Source: Azolla caroliniana (Eukaryota; Plantae; Polypodiophyta). From it: a DNA stretch of 64,000 nt. This document shows positions 50,781 through 64,000 of this stretch, in pieces; the first letter of the stretch is position 1; the number at the start of each line of letters is the position of its first letter. The stretch covers positions 9,982,001 through 10,046,000 of the forward strand of contig JBHGNT010000001.1 in assembly GCA_043228905.1 (NCBI GenBank), written 5' to 3'. The notes beneath the pieces were generated by a model. The model made no database searches, was not told the origin of the DNA, and worked only from the letters and a program-made list of their open reading frames with translations. Position numbers and translations under genes: made by a program.

Positions 50781-53114
50781 AGATGGAGCATGCCTTACAT
50801 TGTAGTTATAACTTATAAGTGCATCAACTTAGGTATCAATTGGTGATTCTTCAAGGATTTATTTTTCCTAACTCCTTCATAATCACTTTTTTGAAATTGT
50901 TAAGACTGATGGACCTACCAACTAGTCAATGTTGCATAAGAAAAAAAACAAAAACAAGGTTAGATGGTCCTCGGTAAAGAATGAATGAAAAAAACCAATT
51001 ATGTAGTTGAAAGTTAGCAAAATTTAAGGGGGATAATAAATTATAGGATCAAGATAAGAAGGAAAATAATATTAGGGTAACCTAAACCTATATTCTTGAA
51101 GCCATGAACACATTGTCAATATGCTCATGACTTCTTCCATTGTCATTTATTTTAATCTTAGAGTTGTGATAAGGCTCACCGCAAGAGTTTGAATACAATC
51201 ATCCGAAAAGCTTTGAACAACAATATAGGTTCCCAACAATGGTGCCCAAAGATGCCTAGAGTTTTAAGGGCTTTTCATAAGAACATTTCTTCACCAATGG
51301 TGCCCTAAATCTATGTCAAGGTCAGTATGAAACTCGAGATTTACATCTATCGTAATGTTTGTGTCACAAGTAGGTATGGGTGAAGCGAGCTTCACGCATA
51401 CAATTGCTAATAATGAAGACACGTTCACCTTGTAAATAGAACTTAATTGTGTGTTAAACAATGTTAACCAACTAGAATACAAATAGTTACACTTCAATTA
51501 TTACCTACATGATCAACATCATGCATTAGGTCCAAGTACTTGAGACTTGGTCACTAGGTTGGGAAGGCTTGGGCTTAAGGAACGAGAGAAAAAGAGCGTT
51601 GGAAGGTGTGCAATGAAGTGTTTGTCAAGTACTCAACAATAAACAATAAAGCTACAATGGCCTATCTTATTTAGATGCACATGGAAGATGTTACACAATT
51701 GAAAGATTTTCATCCACATTATGAATGATCCTACGTAGTTGTTAGAGTAAGCATCCTCATCACATGGCCTTATCTATAGCACACCTCCATCGTGTATACA
51801 TATTATAAAGAGCGCCACGACTATGGACGTCCTTATCTCTATCATGTAATGTTGTCAATTATCAATATTTCATACCCATCATCCACATAGTTGTCATACA
51901 TGCTTTTCCATCCTTTGATCGTGTGGGGTAAGTCATTTATAACATTGATGCGTCATGTTCATGTCTGTTCATCATTTATAACCACTTTTATCAAATTGTT
52001 AGGTGGAGCACTCGATGTCATACATGTGTTCATTCCATCAAATTGTTAGACAAAAAGCACTCTTTTAACAATTTGATGAACGTTCATAATTGGATGTTGA
52101 TGGCATGATGCTAACTCAAAATCTAACTTGTTTGAGCAAGTTCAAAAAAGTGTTAAGGCGCTTCAAGGGGCAAAGCTCATGGATGTAGTAAATATGTGGT
52201 TGGATAAATACCAACATATTTACCTTGTATGGGGCCCAATATTGAGGGTTAGGGGAGAATAGGAAAGCAGGAGAGGGAAACATTTGAGCAAGTGGTCAAG
52301 TGTAACCATGACTAGAAAAGAAAGGAACCTCGAGCTACAATAGTAGCAATTTCATACCAAATATGTATTGTGTGAGAAATAGATGAAATCCAACATACGA
52401 TAGTCATGATTCATCGTATTAAGATTTGAAAAGATGCTCGAGATGTGAACGTTAATGATGTAAGGAAGACGATGAATGTATGTGGCCTATAAATGAACCA
52501 TTACAAACCACTATTGCATTAGATTACATTGGCCCTCACGCACACTGACAAACTAGGGCAACCACGTGATCCACGATACCCACAACATTGCCATCATTGG
52601 AAGTGGAAAGGGAAGTAACATAAGCTAGTTTGCCCAATGACTTATTACCAAACAATAAGTACATAGTCTATTAGTGAAGTTTGAGAATCAATAAATTTTG
52701 TGACGAAAATTTTACTTTCGTGGGTGTCATAGGTTCGTTCACGATAACGTCCTTATGCCATTGTTGCACCCTGCTTTGTTTTTCCAACATCCCAATTACA
52801 TGTTTGCGTCAAATCAAATACTTAAGGAATTAATCGTCCCATACAATTGTTGAAGACATGATGATGTAATACTCATTCAAGAGATGTGTAGAATTACAAT
52901 GCATGCAATAGAGGCACAACCTCTCCTCCATCACACACACCTATATAAACATTGCATATCAAAGCCTAGGAGGGAGATATATAATTTTTGTTGTTGCTAA
53001 TGATTAAGTTATTTCTGATGTATCAATCACGTCGAGCAAATTCATGTTAACAAGGATGACATACGGCATAGAAACAGATGAAGAAAAGTGCTAGTAAGTT
53101 TTTTTTTTTTCATG

Positions 53115-53225
53115 TTATTTCCCTAAATGCCCCTAGCTAGAGAACACATACACATATAGGTGCGGGTGGGTTGACCGAGGGTAGTATAGGAGATAACAAA
53201 AATTCAGGGGCATATTTGGAAATAA
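53115..53225. mobile_element. Small foldback element / MITE remnant just upstream of the K-rich gene
   Basis: TTATTTCCCTAAATGCCCCT and AGGGGCATATTTGGAAATAA are imperfect inverted repeats about 70 bp apart. Confidence 0.5.
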
Positions 53226-55252
53226 TGGAAACCTGAGGCATTTTTTTCCTATATTATTAATATTCGACAAAATGCGTTTCTTCCTCTGTTTACAAAAGCC
53301 CTAGTTCCTGTTCTACTCTGCTCTGTTCTGCTCTGCTCTGCTCGATCTTCTTCATCCCCGGGAGCTTCTCACTCCTCCTCTCTGATTGTAGATCTTGTCC
53401 CTTTCTCGAGAGAAAAGGTAAGAAACTCTCACTTTACGTCTTCCTGCTTCTGTGGAAGAATATATCTCACATGAAAAAACAAATTACATGTCTCCTGCTG
53501 TGTGGATCTATGTGCTGTTCGATCGAATTAAAGGGATTCCGTTGAAAATGAGTATTTATTATTTGGTTCTCGTCTTCTAGCACACCAATTAGAGATATTT
53601 TTATGGTTGAAAGCAGTGGAACAATAGAAATATTTTCATAGTTAAAATGATGTCTTACTGTAGATCCTTGCACTGCTTTATGAATAAAGTTCGTTTTTTA
53701 TTTGCAGTAGTTGTTCTCCACAGTATCATAGAGTTTCTAGAGCAGTAGAAAGTTTCTCATGTTTGATGTGTTGGGACGGCAGAAACTTTTAGTGCGAATG
53801 AGGTTTCCAGTGGATCCATGTACTGTTTGAGGAATTAGAGTGATACAAATGAAAAGGGAAGTGTTCTACTAGTAGAATATTAGAGAAATGCCACGCTGGG
53901 AAGGAAGGTTGACTAGCCTGATGGTGGAATAGCAGAGCATTTTGGTTTTGAAAATTTGTTGATTTGGTTCCACTTGCGCATTCATGGTCTGCTTGATGAA
54001 TCAGAGTGATTCCTTCCACAGGGAGAAGGTTACTCTCAGTGCCTATTTAACTGAATACTAAATCATGTGTGGTGTAAGGCAGCTTGACCAGGAAGTTGAT
54101 TTCCTTTGCGATTTTAATTAAAGGAGGAATTTACTTAGTGTACCAATGGAAGAAAAGCTGAACATATTTATGGTTGGTAACAAAACCTGACCAGATATTC
54201 AGTTTTTTTGACAGAATATGATTGACGTAGCGCATGATTTAGCTCAGATGTTGAACATAGAAAAATCTAAAATCTTTTATTGTGGTGGCATTGTTGGCCT
54301 TGTTCATGTTGGATTAGTTGTCCATGCCCCTAGGGATTAGTTGTCAAGCTTGATGGTTGAAGGTAGCTTAACCAAGCTGTGGCGGACCTGGAATTGTTTG
54401 TTAGAGTCATGTAGGACATCTAAAACTTACTGTCTTGAACCTAGAACTGACAATGCTGTCCATGAATTATCTAGTCATAATCATCTTATAGTCACAAAGC
54501 TTACAGGGCATTTGGTTTTCTAATCTTACAGGGCATTTGATTTTACTGCCACAAAGCTTGAGTGGCTACACATGGATTATTAATAGTGTGTTGAAGTACA
54601 ATATGGCATGGTGGCATTGTTATTCTTTTGTGTGTATGTATGGCTGTTTGCTTGCCTTACTTAGTTGTCAACACTCCATGGGTTTCTGTCATGATTCTGT
54701 CAAATATAGTGTGACTTTAGTATAAACCAGTTACAACTTGTTGGGAAACAGGCAATGTGGGATTGAGGCATCATTGTCGTTTAATTTTTTATTTATTTTT
54801 GAAGTTTTGCTTTCCTATAGCCATAGCCAGTGTAATATTAAAATGGCTTAAATTTTCATAAAGTATGTTGTTTCTATGAGTTTGTTTGTGTATATATACA
54901 TATCTGTGTCTGTATATGAATCAAGATAATTCACTGACATGTAGTTATGATCTGTGAGATGCTATCTGTTTCTTTAATGTTATCATTGACTTTTGCAGTG
55001 TCATGTTTGGTTCTGCAGTATATCTTATTGATAATCGAGCCTCTCCAAAATTGTGTTCTTTTGTACACTATATAAGAATATATTTTCTACAAATTTGTCT
55101 ATGCACAGTATTGGTTAGTATGATTCATGAAGAAACATTTGAAGACAATTGACTAACATGTTTTTTTTGTGCTGTGAGATGCACTTCTTGGCATCTGTTT
55201 CTTTCATTTGCAATGCAGTGAAACAAGCTACCTTGTTTAATTTTGGATCCAA

Positions 55253-56209
55253 ATGGACAGCAAAAAGTTCTTGCAGCTTGTGGAGGAGAAGAAAAAGAAG
55301 GCATTGGAAAAGAAAAAAGCCCGCTTAGAATGGGAAGAAAGGCTTGAATCTGCTGGCAATGCAAAGACCAAGGATGATAGGAAGGCATACAGTAAATATA
55401 AGAAAACTAATTCGGATTCTGAATCTGATCAAATTGAAAAGAAATCTCGACGAAAACATAAGAAGAGACAATATTCAACTGACTCCTTAGATGATCTTTC
55501 AAGAGGTGATAGAGTCGAAAGAAAAAAGACTCATAAAAAACATACAAGAAAGAGTTCATTAAGTTCAGATGCTAGCTCGTCAGATGAAGGCTATAAGTCA
55601 AAGAAAAGACATAGGAGGAGATACAAGAAGAGTTCAAGTCAAGATACAAGTGATTGGAGTGACAGGAGCGAAAAGAAGCGGCACAGAAAGAGATATCATA
55701 AAAGAGATTCTGATTCTGATTCAAATTCTGATTCTGATTCTGATTCTGATTCTAGTCACTATGATCGGAAACATAAAAAGCGGCATCATAAGGAGTCAGA
55801 CTCTCACTCTAGTGATGATGATAGTATGGGTCATAAAGGGTGGAATCAGAAGAAGGATTCAGAGGTGGGTCTGGATAACGACTCTCTTAACGGAGATAAG
55901 AAGTCTCAAAAGAAGCATAAGAGGAGAGGGACTGATTCAGATGATAGTGATGAAAGTTGTAGGAAGAGGAAGCATCATGGGCGACGACACAAGAAGCACA
56001 TTAAAAAATCACGTAAGGATGACTATAGAGGGACTAATGGTGGTGTTCTCGAAGAGAACAATCATAGAGAGCAGACGAATGGAGGAAAAAGACAACATAA
56101 TGCAGAAAAAGAGCTGAAGCAGGATGGTTTTGAAAGATACATGGCATCAGACCGGGACTATACTGACAGAACTGGTCGTCTTGATATCAACGAATTGCAA
56201 TATATGTGA
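55253..56209 (+). CDS. Lys/Arg/Ser/Asp-rich low-complexity (probably nuclear) protein, 318 aa, single coding exon
   Basis: Long clean ORF with an N-terminal helix MDSKKFLQLVEEKKKKALEKKKARLEWEERLE, which resembles an uncharacterised plant family from memory. Basic clusters alternate with DS tracts, and (GATTCT)n lies at about 55706-55753. A probable 5'UTR exon at about 53290-53417 (donor GTAAG at 53418) has its acceptor near 55218. Confidence 0.85.
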   Translation: MDSKKFLQLVEEKKKKALEKKKARLEWEERLESAGNAKTKDDRKAYSKYKKTNSDSESDQIEKKSRRKHKKRQYSTDSLDDLSRGDRVERKKTHKKHTRKSSLSSDASSSDEGYKSKKRHRRRYKKSSSQDTSDWSDRSEKKRHRKRYHKRDSDSDSNSDSDSDSDSSHYDRKHKKRHHKESDSHSSDDDSMGHKGWNQKKDSEVGLDNDSLNGDKKSQKKHKRRGTDSDDSDESCRKRKHHGRRHKKHIKKSRKDDYRGTNGGVLEENNHREQTNGGKRQHNAEKELKQDGFERYMASDRDYTDRTGRLDINELQYM

Positions 56210-58101
56210 CTTGATCAAACATCATTTATTATCTGCAGTATGCTTTGATGAATCCACTGCTCTGTTGGGGGAGTTCTGATAACTATGTGTCCTCATTTCA
56301 GCAAGAATGCGTCATCTGCAGGCCACTCGATGGATAGGTCTGATAAAAATTAGTTCTCATTTCAGCTGTACTTGTGACTATGATCATAACTTTAACTGCT
56401 AAGTAAAATTTGTTGGATTAAACTTCCCCTCTAAATTGTGCTATTATTTATTATACTATTTTGATCTGATCTGGATTGATATACTAAGATCATCCTTGTG
56501 GCAAATTAAATCTTCACATCGTTACATATGAATTCTTTGGGTTTGCCATGCGAATGAGAGCCCTTAAATGCATCAACTGCAGGGTGACGCTGTTTTCATT
56601 TATTTAAGTGGCATAGTATTATGTCTACAGTTTATGAAAATATGTTTTTTAACGCAAAGTGCATGGAGATTTTTAGATTTATTAAATTGTTTGTAGAAAG
56701 AACGCAATTGAATTATTCTCGTAACATTGTGAAGGTTCGTAAAAGTATATTATGAGGTTGATGAGGCCTGACAATGATGATGGCTCACAAGCTAATGTAG
56801 GTAAGTAGCTATCTTAGTTGACTCAAGAATTAGTTGCTGATTGACTTGTCCACTTGTGTTTGAGAAAGTCTTTGGTGTTTCACTATGGTGATCCAATATC
56901 TTTCTTTTACTTCCAAATGTGCGTGCATTCTGAACTTGTGGTACAAAGCCTTAAGTTGCCTCCAACACATTGTTGTTGGTGGTTGGAATAAAATTAGTTT
57001 CTTGACTTCAATGGTGTGAATGAGGAGTTTCATTATGTGAATGCATTGGAAACGACTTAATGCACATGTTCTACACTCTCTAGCTTATCGCCCTCTCATT
57101 TTTTTGTTCATCTTTATCTCATATACATTTCCTTCATTGTACTCTCCCGTCTCCCAACTTGCTTATCGATTTCTTCAATTTCATGTATTCTTTTCTCAAG
57201 ATTCCTTTTCCTAAATATCAAAACCATTGGACTCTCTTCAATATTTGACAAATACACAATACAATGTTTACATAAACTTATCCTAATGAAAATTGTGGGT
57301 AAAAATGTCATAAAACCTTGAGGCAAAGAACCCTTTGTTTATCAAGTCCTTTAATATGAGTCTCAATGTTCATGTGTTCGATTAATCATTGGACAAGAAA
57401 AAGGAAAAAATTAACCTTGTAAGGATGTGTTTTGTTTTGAGGGATTGCAACAAAAAACTTTTTAGTTTTAAACACCACTCATGAAACACTAGGTTATCCT
57501 TAATGTACAAAATTTCACAAATATTTGTACTAGATTGCTTACAAAATGTTGAAGTTGTGGAGATTGTAATTCAAAATACCGTAAGTGTGTGTAAAAAAGG
57601 AAGCAAAAATTTGTATTGAGGTTTCATGAGGATGTTACAATGCCATGTAAATGTAACACATGCTCATTGTAGAGTAGGATCTCATTCTACAATGTGGCCC
57701 TTTGAGGGTTGATGCCATATATATCTACATGCGTTTGACAATTTTGTAGCTCCTACATAGTTGTATCCCTTATCTCATGCCAAGTAAATAATGGATAGTG
57801 CCCTCAAGGAAGTGTCTATATTTGGCCTTCCAATGACACCTTTTGGATCAACTTCGTTATTCACCACTACAATAATCCAACACAGAGTTCCCACTGTGAT
57901 GGCATTACATTACCTATTTGGCAATGCTATCCTCAATGGACACTTCTTCTCCTCATTATTTCTGTGTTTCCCTAACCTATGGGAGACATCTAAATACCAC
58001 TCCTTGATTAGATTATCTTATCGAATCACCCTTCAAAATATATTCCGTCAATTTATATAATAAATGTGTAATTAAACTCGTTTTCATAACTCATTTTTTT
58101 A

Positions 58102-58244
58102 GGGAATTGGTAAATTCACAGTTTTTTCTGTATTTTCACAGTTTTTTTTTTGAGTTCAGAAATATGATTACAAATGATAGCCAGATTCCATCCCCCCAAA
58201 AAAACTTTGAAAATATGGAAAAAATTGTGAATTTACCAATTTCC
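58102..58244. mobile_element. Mutator-like foldback MITE (~143 bp)
   Basis: About 48-bp TIRs GG(G/A)AATTGGTAAATTCACA.TTTTTTC..TATTTTCA.AGTTTTTTT, flanked on both sides by TTTTTTTA (a possible but low-complexity TSD). Confidence 0.75.
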
Positions 58245-59280
58245 TTTTTTTATTATGTTATTTGATGGCAAAGACCATCAAATGCCACCCACCATATTGA
58301 ACTAGAAAGTGTAATCATGGTGTGGGTTGCGGGTTTTTGAATATCACACTACAATGGGATGGGTATCTATCCACTTGATTTATGAAAACTAAAAATGGAG
58401 TTTGTGAAACCATTCATGCATATGTGTACAGTGTAATTAGGGGTGCATGTATGTAAAGGGAGAGGGGTGACTTTGGGCTATCGTCCGAGTTGAAAAATAA
58501 TAATTCTAAGAGGTAGGCTTGCAAGATTATAATGTTGGATCGGTTTTGTTAGGGTTACATTGTACTCAACACATGTTTATGGTGCACAACTTCTCAGCAC
58601 AATCGTCGAATTAAAAAAGGCGGTCAGCCACGGCCCCACCATTATGTGCAAGGCCAACAATGGTCTTCGAACCACATTGGACATGCGGCGATAGGTTGAA
58701 AGGTCATGGATTCGACCATTGGGGCCAGGGCCAAGCCTGAGTTGGAGCGAGAGTGGAATGCAGAGTCGGCCGGGGGTGTGTTAGGTATTTTGGGTGATAG
58801 AAAAGCATATATATACATATATAGGTATGTTTGTTTGTATAGTTTTAGATTCTTCCTGCCTTCCTTTTCATTCCGATGGGATGAGATGAGATGAGATGAG
58901 ACGAGAGGAAAACAGCAGAAGCCTAAGAAGGTAAGGAGAGGAAGGGGTAAGTAAAAATAAATAAGTACATAAATAAATATATATAATATACAGAAGCAGA
59001 AGAAGATCCCCCCTCCCTCCCCAAAGAGATCTTCCTCTGCTCTGGGCAATACAAGACGAGATTCCCATCAATCCATCCATATCCATCCGAAGAAGAGAAG
59101 GGAACAAGAGAAACAGAGGAGAGGAGAAGAGAAGAGAAGAGAACAGAGGAGTGGAGAAGTAAAGTAAAGTAAAGAAAAGAAAAGGCAAGAGGCAAGAAGA
59201 TAAGAGGAGAGGGGAAAGGGAGAAGAGACAGAAAGATAGAGGAGAAGAAAGAAAGAGGAGGGGGGGGTCTGTCATTGCAA

Positions 59281-62200
59281 ATGAAGAGAGGCAGCGGAGC
59301 AGAGATGGCGGCAGTGGCGGCGACAGGAGGTGTGTGTGGAAGAGATTCAGCTGTTTTAACTTCAGAAGAGCAACAAAAGCCGATAGCAACTGCAGCAGCG
59401 GCGTCAGAGGAACTGACAACCTCTTCTTCACATATTGCATCGGGTGCTATAGATGGCGCTGTCGATGTTGACGTCATCGTCGACCATCACCCTTCTTCTT
59501 CCACTTTTGATGATCCCCGAGAGGGCGGCGGCCAAGAGTCAGTTCATGTGGAGCGACGGGCCGACCACTCTTCCATATGCAAATGGACAATCTCTCATTT
59601 CACTAAGCTCAAAGCTCGTGCATTGTGGAGTCGATACTTTGAAGTTGGAGGTTTTGATTGTCGCCTCCTGGTCTACCCTAAAGGTGACTCTCAAGCTTTA
59701 CCTGGTTATCTTTCTATCTATTTGCAAGTCATGGATCCTCGTAGCTCCTCGTCCTCTACAAAATGGGATTGCTTCGCTAGCTATCGCCTTTGTGTTGTCA
59801 ATCATCGAGATGAGAGCAAATCCATCCAACGAGACTCGTGGCATCGATTCTCAGGGAAGAAGAAATCACATGGATGGTGTGATTTCACTCCATCAGGTTC
59901 AATTTGTGACCCAAAATCGGGGTTTGTAGCCAATGATTCAGTCCTCATCACTGCTGAGATTCTGGTTCTTCACGAATCTGTGTCTTTCTCAAGAGAGAAT
60001 GAATTACAACCCATTACAGGTGGCCCAATGCCTGAGGTTCTTAGTGGGAAATTCACTTGGAAAGTGCACAATTTTGCCCTCTTCAAAGAGATGATCAAAA
60101 CACAAAAGATCATGAGCCCTGTTTTCCCAGCAGGGGAGTGCAATCTCAGGCTTAGTGTGTATCAGTCCTCAGTTGGCAATACGAATTATCTATCGATGTG
60201 CTTGGAAAGCAAAGAAACTGAGAAATCACTTCCTACTGAGAGAAGTTGTTGGTGCCTCTTCCGAATGTCAGTGTTGAACCAAAAAGCAGGGCAGAATCAC
60301 ATGCATAGAGACTCATATGGTAGGTTTGCATGTGACAACAAGAGTGGAGATAACACCAGTCTCGGATGGAACGACTATATGAAAATGAGTGATTTCACTG
60401 CATTAGAAATGGGTTATCTTGTTGATGATACTGCTGTATTTAGTGCTTCTTTTCATGTCATCAAGGAGGTAAGCATTTTCCCCAAGAGTCCCAACTTCAT
60501 TTCTGGAAGGACTGCATCCAAAAAGTTGGATGGACAGCAAGGAAAGTTTATCTGGAAAATAGAGAATTTCACAAAGCTGAAGGACCTCTTGAAGAAACGG
60601 AAAATAACAGGATTATGCATCAAGAGTAGACGGTTCCAAGTTGGAGCTCGGGATTGCAGATTGGTCGTATACCCAAGAGGTGTGTATAATGGTCTGCAAA
60701 CGAAACATATAATTAGCATAAGTAAAACTTCAATTTAATTTGATTAGTACAAGTAAGGCCAGAGATCGTGATTCTCAGCCCAACTTCTATATGAGAGGTG
60801 CATGTAATGGATTCTTCCTTAAACATGTGATTAACATGATTTAAATATCATTGAATTGACTAACAAAGCAAGTCTATAGGTCATATTTTCCACTCATTTG
60901 ATACCCTCAAGCTGAGACACAAACAGCTGGCTTGATGTGTTGGTGCATCTCACCATGATCGATGTAACTTTCAAGGATGGATCTATAAATAGGGAGAGTA
61001 GTAGAAGAAGAAGGTGCTTGTATACTTATCTCATATTTCGTTTCCAGACCACAGAGATGGTAAGGATGATGATGCTAAGTTAACAAAATAATCAAATGTA
61101 ACATGATTATCAAAGACATTTGAAAGTGGGAGTATTACTCTTCCACCCAACTAAAGTAACCAAGCCTATAGGGAGGTTCGGTGCTGATCTATGTGACTCA
61201 TACCATGGCTAATGGATTCTAGCAAGTACATTGGATACAAACATGTACACTTCATAGCTCGAGCAAGCTACCACCGCATGTGTACATTATTGAAATGGTT
61301 CTGTGACGATACCAATGTGGTGTGTTCATTGAAATTTTGTTTTTGCTTAACTATAGATTGATCAAAGTCGAACATAATTTCAAAATGTGCTCATAATTGT
61401 TAGTGCTCCTCGTTTCTCAGGGCAGTCACAACCACCCTGCCATTTATCTATGTTTCTAGAGGTAACCGATCCAAGAGGGTCCCCTGACTGGAGCTGCTTT
61501 GTGAGCCATAGGCTGTCTGTAGTGAATCAGCGATCAGAAGAGAGATCAGTGACGAAGGAGTCTCAAAATAGATACTCGAAAGCGGCAAAAGACTGGGGTT
61601 GGCGAGAATTTGTCACTTTGACCAGTCTTTTTGATCAAGATTCTGGATTTCTTGTACAAGATACCGTAGTCTTTTCGGCTGAGGTTCTGATACTCAAGGA
61701 GGCGTTCAGCATGCAAGAGAAGATGGATGTGGATGAATCTGTAGCGACAATATCTGGGACTGAAAGTAGTAGAAACCTCCACCGAGGAACCTTCATATGG
61801 AAAGTTGACAATTTTCTCTCATTCAAGGAGATCATGGAGACCCGGAAGATTTTTAGTAAGTTTTTCCAAGCTGGAGGCTGTGAGTTAAGGATTGGTGGGT
61901 GGATTATTATCAAGCTTATATCAATGCTAGTGTTGTTTTTCTGTACTGCTCTCATCTCGTTTTCTTGCAGGGGTTTATGAATCATTCGATACATTGTGCA
62001 TATATTTAGAGAGTGACCAATCTGCAGGAGCAGATCTGGACAAAAACTTTTGGGTTAAATACAGAATTTCTGTTGTAAATCAAAAATACCCTGACAGAAC
62101 TGTTTGTAAGGAGTCATCAATATGCACGAAAACATGGAACAATTCCGTTCTGCAGTTTATGAAGGTTTCTGAGATGGTAGAACCTGATGCTGGATTTCTA

Positions 62201-64000
62201 TTAAGAGATAGTGTGACATTCACCTGTGAAATCTTAGACTGCTGTCCTTGGTTTGAGTTCTCTGATCTTGAGGTAGATCTATTATATTTCTTAAGTGGAA
62301 ACATTTATTGATAAAATGAATCTTTTCTCTTCCTGCCACCTTGTTTTTCTGATTCTTTTCTTCCTTCAGGTTATGGTATCAGATGACGAGCAGGATGTCT
62401 TCTCAACAGATCCTGATGAGTTGTTAGATTCTGATGATAGCGAGGGTAGTGGTGATGAGGAAGATATCTTCAGAAATCTGTTAGCAAGAGCTGGTTTTCA
62501 TCTAAGCTATGGTGATAATCCACCATTGCTTATGGATCCTTCGCAGCTGCAAGTCACTCTTAGAGAGAAGTTGTTAATGGATGCTGGTGCTATAGCAGCT
62601 TTTCTTACGGGTTTGCGTGTGTACCTGGATGATCCTGCCAAAGCGAAACGACTACTTCTCCCAACAAAGTTGTCCACTGCGTCCAGTAATGGGGCTAAAA
62701 AAGGCATTTCAAAAGGAGAGGCTACATCCCCAAGTTTAATGAACTTGCTAATGGGTGTCAAGGTTCTTCAGCAAGCAATTGCAGATTTACTCCTTGATAT
62801 CATGGTAGAGTGTTGTCAACCATCGAATAGTGAGGAGTTTGTTGATGCGAAGTCTAGGACATCACAATCAGATACAAGCAATTTGGGTGTAAAGAACTCT
62901 TTTATTTGGAGAGCTTTTGAATCTGCTGCACCAGATGTTGCGGCCCAAAGTCCTCTTGTTCAGAGACTAGACAATGAGCTTGATGGTATGATGGCAGCTC
63001 AAGCAATCCAGAGCAATGACTTCACAACTGTAGACTCCCATACTTCGAAAGGTACTATTGGGCAAAGTTCCTTGGCTTCTGCATCCATTCAAGGGGAGAT
63101 GTATGCAACTGACAATATGAGCCACTCACAAAAGGTTTTTGGATAACGTTGTAAAGCACACTTATTGACATTTAATTATACCAATAACATTGAATAATGC
63201 ACTTCATTGACATTTAATTGCTTTCTATATGTGTGACTGTAGCCAAAATGGCCAGAGCAGTCTGATGAGCTTCTTGGGTTGATAGTAAATTCATTGAGGG
63301 CATTGGATGGGGCTGTTCCACAAGGCTGTCCTGAACCTCGAAGAAGACCTCACTCTGCACAAAAAATTGCTCTAGTCCTAGAGAAGGCTCCAAAGTACTT
63401 GCAGATTGATCTGATTGCTCTAGTACCAAAGCTTGTAGATATTTCTGAACATTCCCTGGCTGCAGATGTACTTCTTGACCGCCTCCGGGAACCTCAAGCT
63501 GAACCGAGTTCACATCTGCCTGTATGTTCACTCATCTGACTGTTCTATTTTCTAACATTTTGGTTCTGGTTGCTTCTCGCTTGTAGTTCTTGTAAGGCTG
63601 ATATAATGCATAACACTATAATTTAATTGATTTGCTTGCTTTAATGCTATTATTTTCAACCTGTGGGTTTGGAATATGAATTATAAAGTTGTTTTTATGA
63701 GGAAATTGCTAGGGTAATGATCTTAAAGTCAAACACGAATGCTTTTCACAATGAATGTAACATGTTTTCAAATTTGTGGGAATATAAATGATCTCAAATT
63801 CAAACACGAATGCTTTTTATAGGTCTTAGGGGCTCTTAGTCAGTTGGATGTTGGCAGCAGTGTTTGGGAGACTGTCATGGATCAAGCTCTGAAAATTCTT
63901 CCTGATTTAAACGATGAGCCTCTTGCCGCTGCCATGAGTTTTGCTTTCAAGGCAGCTTCAAAATGTCAGCAGTTGTCAAAAGCTGTATGCATTTTTCTAG
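59281..64000 (+). CDS. Multi-MATH-domain (TRAF-like) protein, 3' end outside window
   Basis: Exons 59281-60679, 61421-61894, 61971-62272, 62370-63134, 63243-63521 and 63823-63984, continuing beyond the window. Four MATH repeats (CKWTISHF...FEVGGFDCRLLVYPKG; KFTWKVHNF; KFIWKIENF; TFIWKVDNF) are followed by QVTLREKLLMDAGAIAAFLTGLRVYLDDP. From memory this resembles the Arabidopsis At2g25320-type family. Confidence 0.93.

Noticed and set aside
55569-56117. 182-aa hydrophobic ORF overlapping the K-rich gene in another frame
   Set aside because: It is an expected by-product of low-complexity GAT/TCT/AAG codons; the ILILIL run is the (GATTCT)n repeat read out of frame.
58610-58790. GC-rich, partly self-complementary stretch ending in a T-run on the minus strand (possible Pol III ncRNA such as 7SL or telomerase RNA)
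   Set aside because: I found no USE, no SRP helix-8 motif and no CTAAACCCT template. It is better explained as MATH-gene promoter DNA with a TCP-type GGCCCCAC site (58632-58639). An Rfam scan would settle it.
58642-59477. Minus-strand Leu/Ser/Phe-rich ORFs upstream of the MATH gene
   Set aside because: They arise from the purine-rich (GA/GAA) 5'UTR read on the opposite strand.

Overview
Eukaryotic nuclear DNA from a land plant. Compact GT-AG introns, AT-rich spacers and microsatellite-rich leaders make a fern or other seed-free vascular plant my best guess, but that is inference. I reconstructed eight intron-containing protein-coding genes by hand: (1) the 3' part of a beta-tubulin (+); (2) an 11-exon plastid-targeted protein of unknown function (+, ~352 aa); (3) an LHY/CCA1-type circadian MYB factor (+, ~739 aa); (4) a TFIIS-central + SPOC protein of the BORDER/PHF3/DIDO type with two internal repeat expansions (-, ~1303 aa); (5) a RING-HC + coiled-coil + 7xWD40 protein with COP1-like architecture but not COP1 sequence (-, ~620 aa); (6) the PPR-SMR protein GUN1 (-, ~900 aa); (7) a Lys/Arg/Ser/Asp-rich low-complexity protein (+, 318 aa); and (8) a multi-MATH (TRAF-like) protein that runs off the window (+). 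Intergenic DNA holds a hAT-type MITE with an 8-bp TSD, two small foldback elements, a probable decayed hAT transposase, and many micro/minisatellites and short tandem duplications. I saw no rRNA, tRNA or CRISPR array. The best leads are the non-COP1 RING-CC-WD40 E3 candidate, the plastid protein with an internal twin-Arg/TM segment, the LHY SHAQKVF variant and 53-aa uORF, and a phased triple-palindrome array at the promoter of gene 4. All coordinates were counted by eye, and no database searches were run.
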